A DNA stretch of 63,795 bases, filler included, from Octopus bimaculoides (taxonomy: Eukaryota), in assembly GCF_001194135.2 (NCBI RefSeq). It is 7 parts of 6 records of this genome, joined end to end, with 100 filler letters (N's around TTAATTAATTAA, not from the genome) between each part and the next. Parts side by side here need not be neighbours in the genome. Positions count along the whole stretch, not along the records: positions 38,597 to 62,433 come from NC_068997.1; positions 62,534 to 63,795 come from NC_069001.1; 5 more parts are not named here. One strand, given 5' to 3'. The notes beneath the pieces were generated by a model. The model worked only from the letters and a program-made list of their open reading frames with translations, was not told the origin of the DNA and did not search any database. Below are positions 62,091-63,795 of this stretch, one piece after another (within the stretch, counting starts at the first letter, position 1; the number at the start of each line of letters is the position of its first letter). The position numbers and the translations under genes are program-made.

Positions 62091-62432
62091 GGTCGACCAA
62101 ATTGTGCAACATGCCCAAACATTCTAGAAGGTTCAGAATTCCTCTTCAAAGAGGGACACAAATTCAAAGTTAAATCTAACTTTACTTGTGCCTCAGAAAA
62201 TCTTATTTATGTAATAAGATGTTCGGGCTGCCACGAGAACTACATAGGGTCCACAGGATTATCGCTCAGACGTAGATGCACTCTGCACCGCCAGCAGATT
62301 GCATACCCAGAATACCGAATGATACCTTTTAGTGATCATATTGAGAAATGCGCAAAACAAATGCTACCACAATTTATAATCTTTCCTTTTTATCAATGTG
62401 CCATTAAAACACCAACACAGATTAGATTAAAT
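62091..62432 (+). mobile_element. Penelope-like GIY-YIG endonuclease fragment with an uninterrupted frame
   Basis: 114 stop-free codons: GRPNCATCPNILEGSEFLFKEGHKFKVKSNFTCASENLIYVIRCSGCHENYIGSTGLSLRRRCTLHRQQIAYPEYRMIPFSDHIEKC..FPFYQC; colinear with 12374-13126; ends at a gap. Confidence 0.9.
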
Positions 62433-62590
62433 ANNNNNNNNNNNNNNNNNNNNNNNNNNNNNNNNNNNNNNNNNNNNTTAATTAATTAANNNNNNNNNNN
62501 NNNNNNNNNNNNNNNNNNNNNNNNNNNNNNNNNATACACATATATATAAAAAGAGATGTTGTTGCAAACAGGGAAAATAGAACTCAAAAT

Positions 62591-63117
62591 GCGCAGGAGT
62601 AGCTGTGTGGTAAGTAGCTTGCTTACGAACCGCATGGTTCCGGGTTCAATTCCACTGCGTGGCACCTTGGACATGTGTCTTCTGCTATAGCCTCGTGCAT
62701 GGGTGTGTGCTTGTGTTTCTCCCTCACCACCACTTTACAGCTGACTTTGATTCGTTTACGTCCCTGTAACTTCACAGTCCGACAACGGAGACGATAGATT
62801 CACCACCAGGCTTATACAAAAATATATATATTAGTACTGAGCTGACAAAGTCGTTTCCGAGTGTACGTGTGTATGAGTGTGTATGTTTGTGTAAGATGGT
62901 AGGAGTGTCTTTGTATCCATGTTTGAACCTCCTGTCAATTCACAACCGATATCCGTTTAGTTTATGTTAGTGATTTGACACAAGGTTCGTTAGAATACGT
63001 ACCAGACTTTATGAATTAAGCATTGGGGTCGATTTCTTGGAATAAAAGCTCTCAAAACAATGCCCCAGCATGGCCGCAGCGCAATGACTGAGACAAGTAA
63101 AAGATAAAAGATGAAAG
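62591..63117 (+). mobile_element. SINE family A (head intact, body duplicated or decayed)
   Basis: GCAGGAGTAGCTGTGTGGTAAGTAGCTTGCTT..GTGGCACCTTGGACATGTGTCTTCTG..CCCCAGCATGGCCGCAG. Confidence 0.85.
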
Positions 63118-63244
63118 ACTTGCGATAATGAAGACTTATTTACAAAATGTCTGAAATGCTTTCAATGACGAGATTTGAAAGCTGTGACGTAATTCGTAAT
63201 GGATATTCCTTAATCACAAGGTCAGCCAGGAGCTACAACTCCTG

Positions 63245-63259
63245 TTGCTGCTGCTGCTG

Positions 63260-63328
<69 letters not shown>

Positions 63329-63330
63329 TT
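63245..63330. repeat. (CTG)n/(CTA)n microsatellite
   Basis: Directly visible. Confidence 0.95.
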
Positions 63331-63619
63331 ATTGCTACACATATATACATAAATATATTCATACATGTACACATACGTCCAATTATATACAAGCATATAC
63401 TCATATAAAAATACGTAAGAATAAACATAGATTAATAAGAGCATTCATAAATATATTCATATATACTCGCGCAGATATGAAAATATATGCAAACATATCT
63501 ACGTATATAGATGCATATATGAGTATATACAATTATTTATGCATAAATAAATACAAACACACACTGACGCACATACATAAAAACACATACTATTTATACC
63601 TGAATACATAATATAATTA

Positions 63620-63675
<56 letters not shown>

Positions 63676-63795
63676 TGTATGTATATATGCGTGTGTGTAT
63701 TTATATATACATATATATACGTACTTGAATAACGATATAAACATATGTATGTATACATAAATGCATATTTACGTAGATAAATACATGCATATATG

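Noticed and set aside
19151-62533. TTAATTAATTAA recurring six times (19195, 21638, 24238, 36097, 38541, 62478)
   Set aside because: Always embedded as 44 N + 12 nt + 44 N = 100 bp. It gives stops in all six frames and is an artificial gap linker, not biology.
4372-62660. tRNA-like A/B box sequences as real tRNA genes
   Set aside because: They lack complete cloverleaves and continue into SINE bodies and tails; they are SINE heads.

Overview
AT-rich, repeat-dense animal genomic DNA from a gapped draft assembly. The SINE, LINE and microsatellite repertoire looks like Octopus (inference from recalled repeat families, not from a search). I cannot recognise any host protein-coding gene; only weak candidate exons and promoter-like patches are present. 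Nearly all ORFs in the supplied track are microsatellite, N-run or transposon artefacts. The window contains decayed Penelope-like elements (RT + GIY-YIG), R4/Dong-like, RTE, Tx1/L1-like and Gypsy remnants, hAT-Charlie, Tc1/mariner and Helitron elements, and four tRNA-headed SINE families. The signal not shown in any ORF track is a set of type I hammerhead ribozyme folds from several unrelated short Penelope-type elements. These include a canonical-core copy with a long stem II (6005-6099), a copy with a compensatory A3-U8 core pair (22803-22835, minus strand) and a U4C copy (29978-30033). Two of them are paired with an inverted copy that breaks off exactly 2 nt before the catalytic core. Different retroelement groups also appear to sort into different microsatellites: (TA)n, (TAA)n and (TATC)n. 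All structures and identities were derived by eye and need computational and biochemical confirmation.
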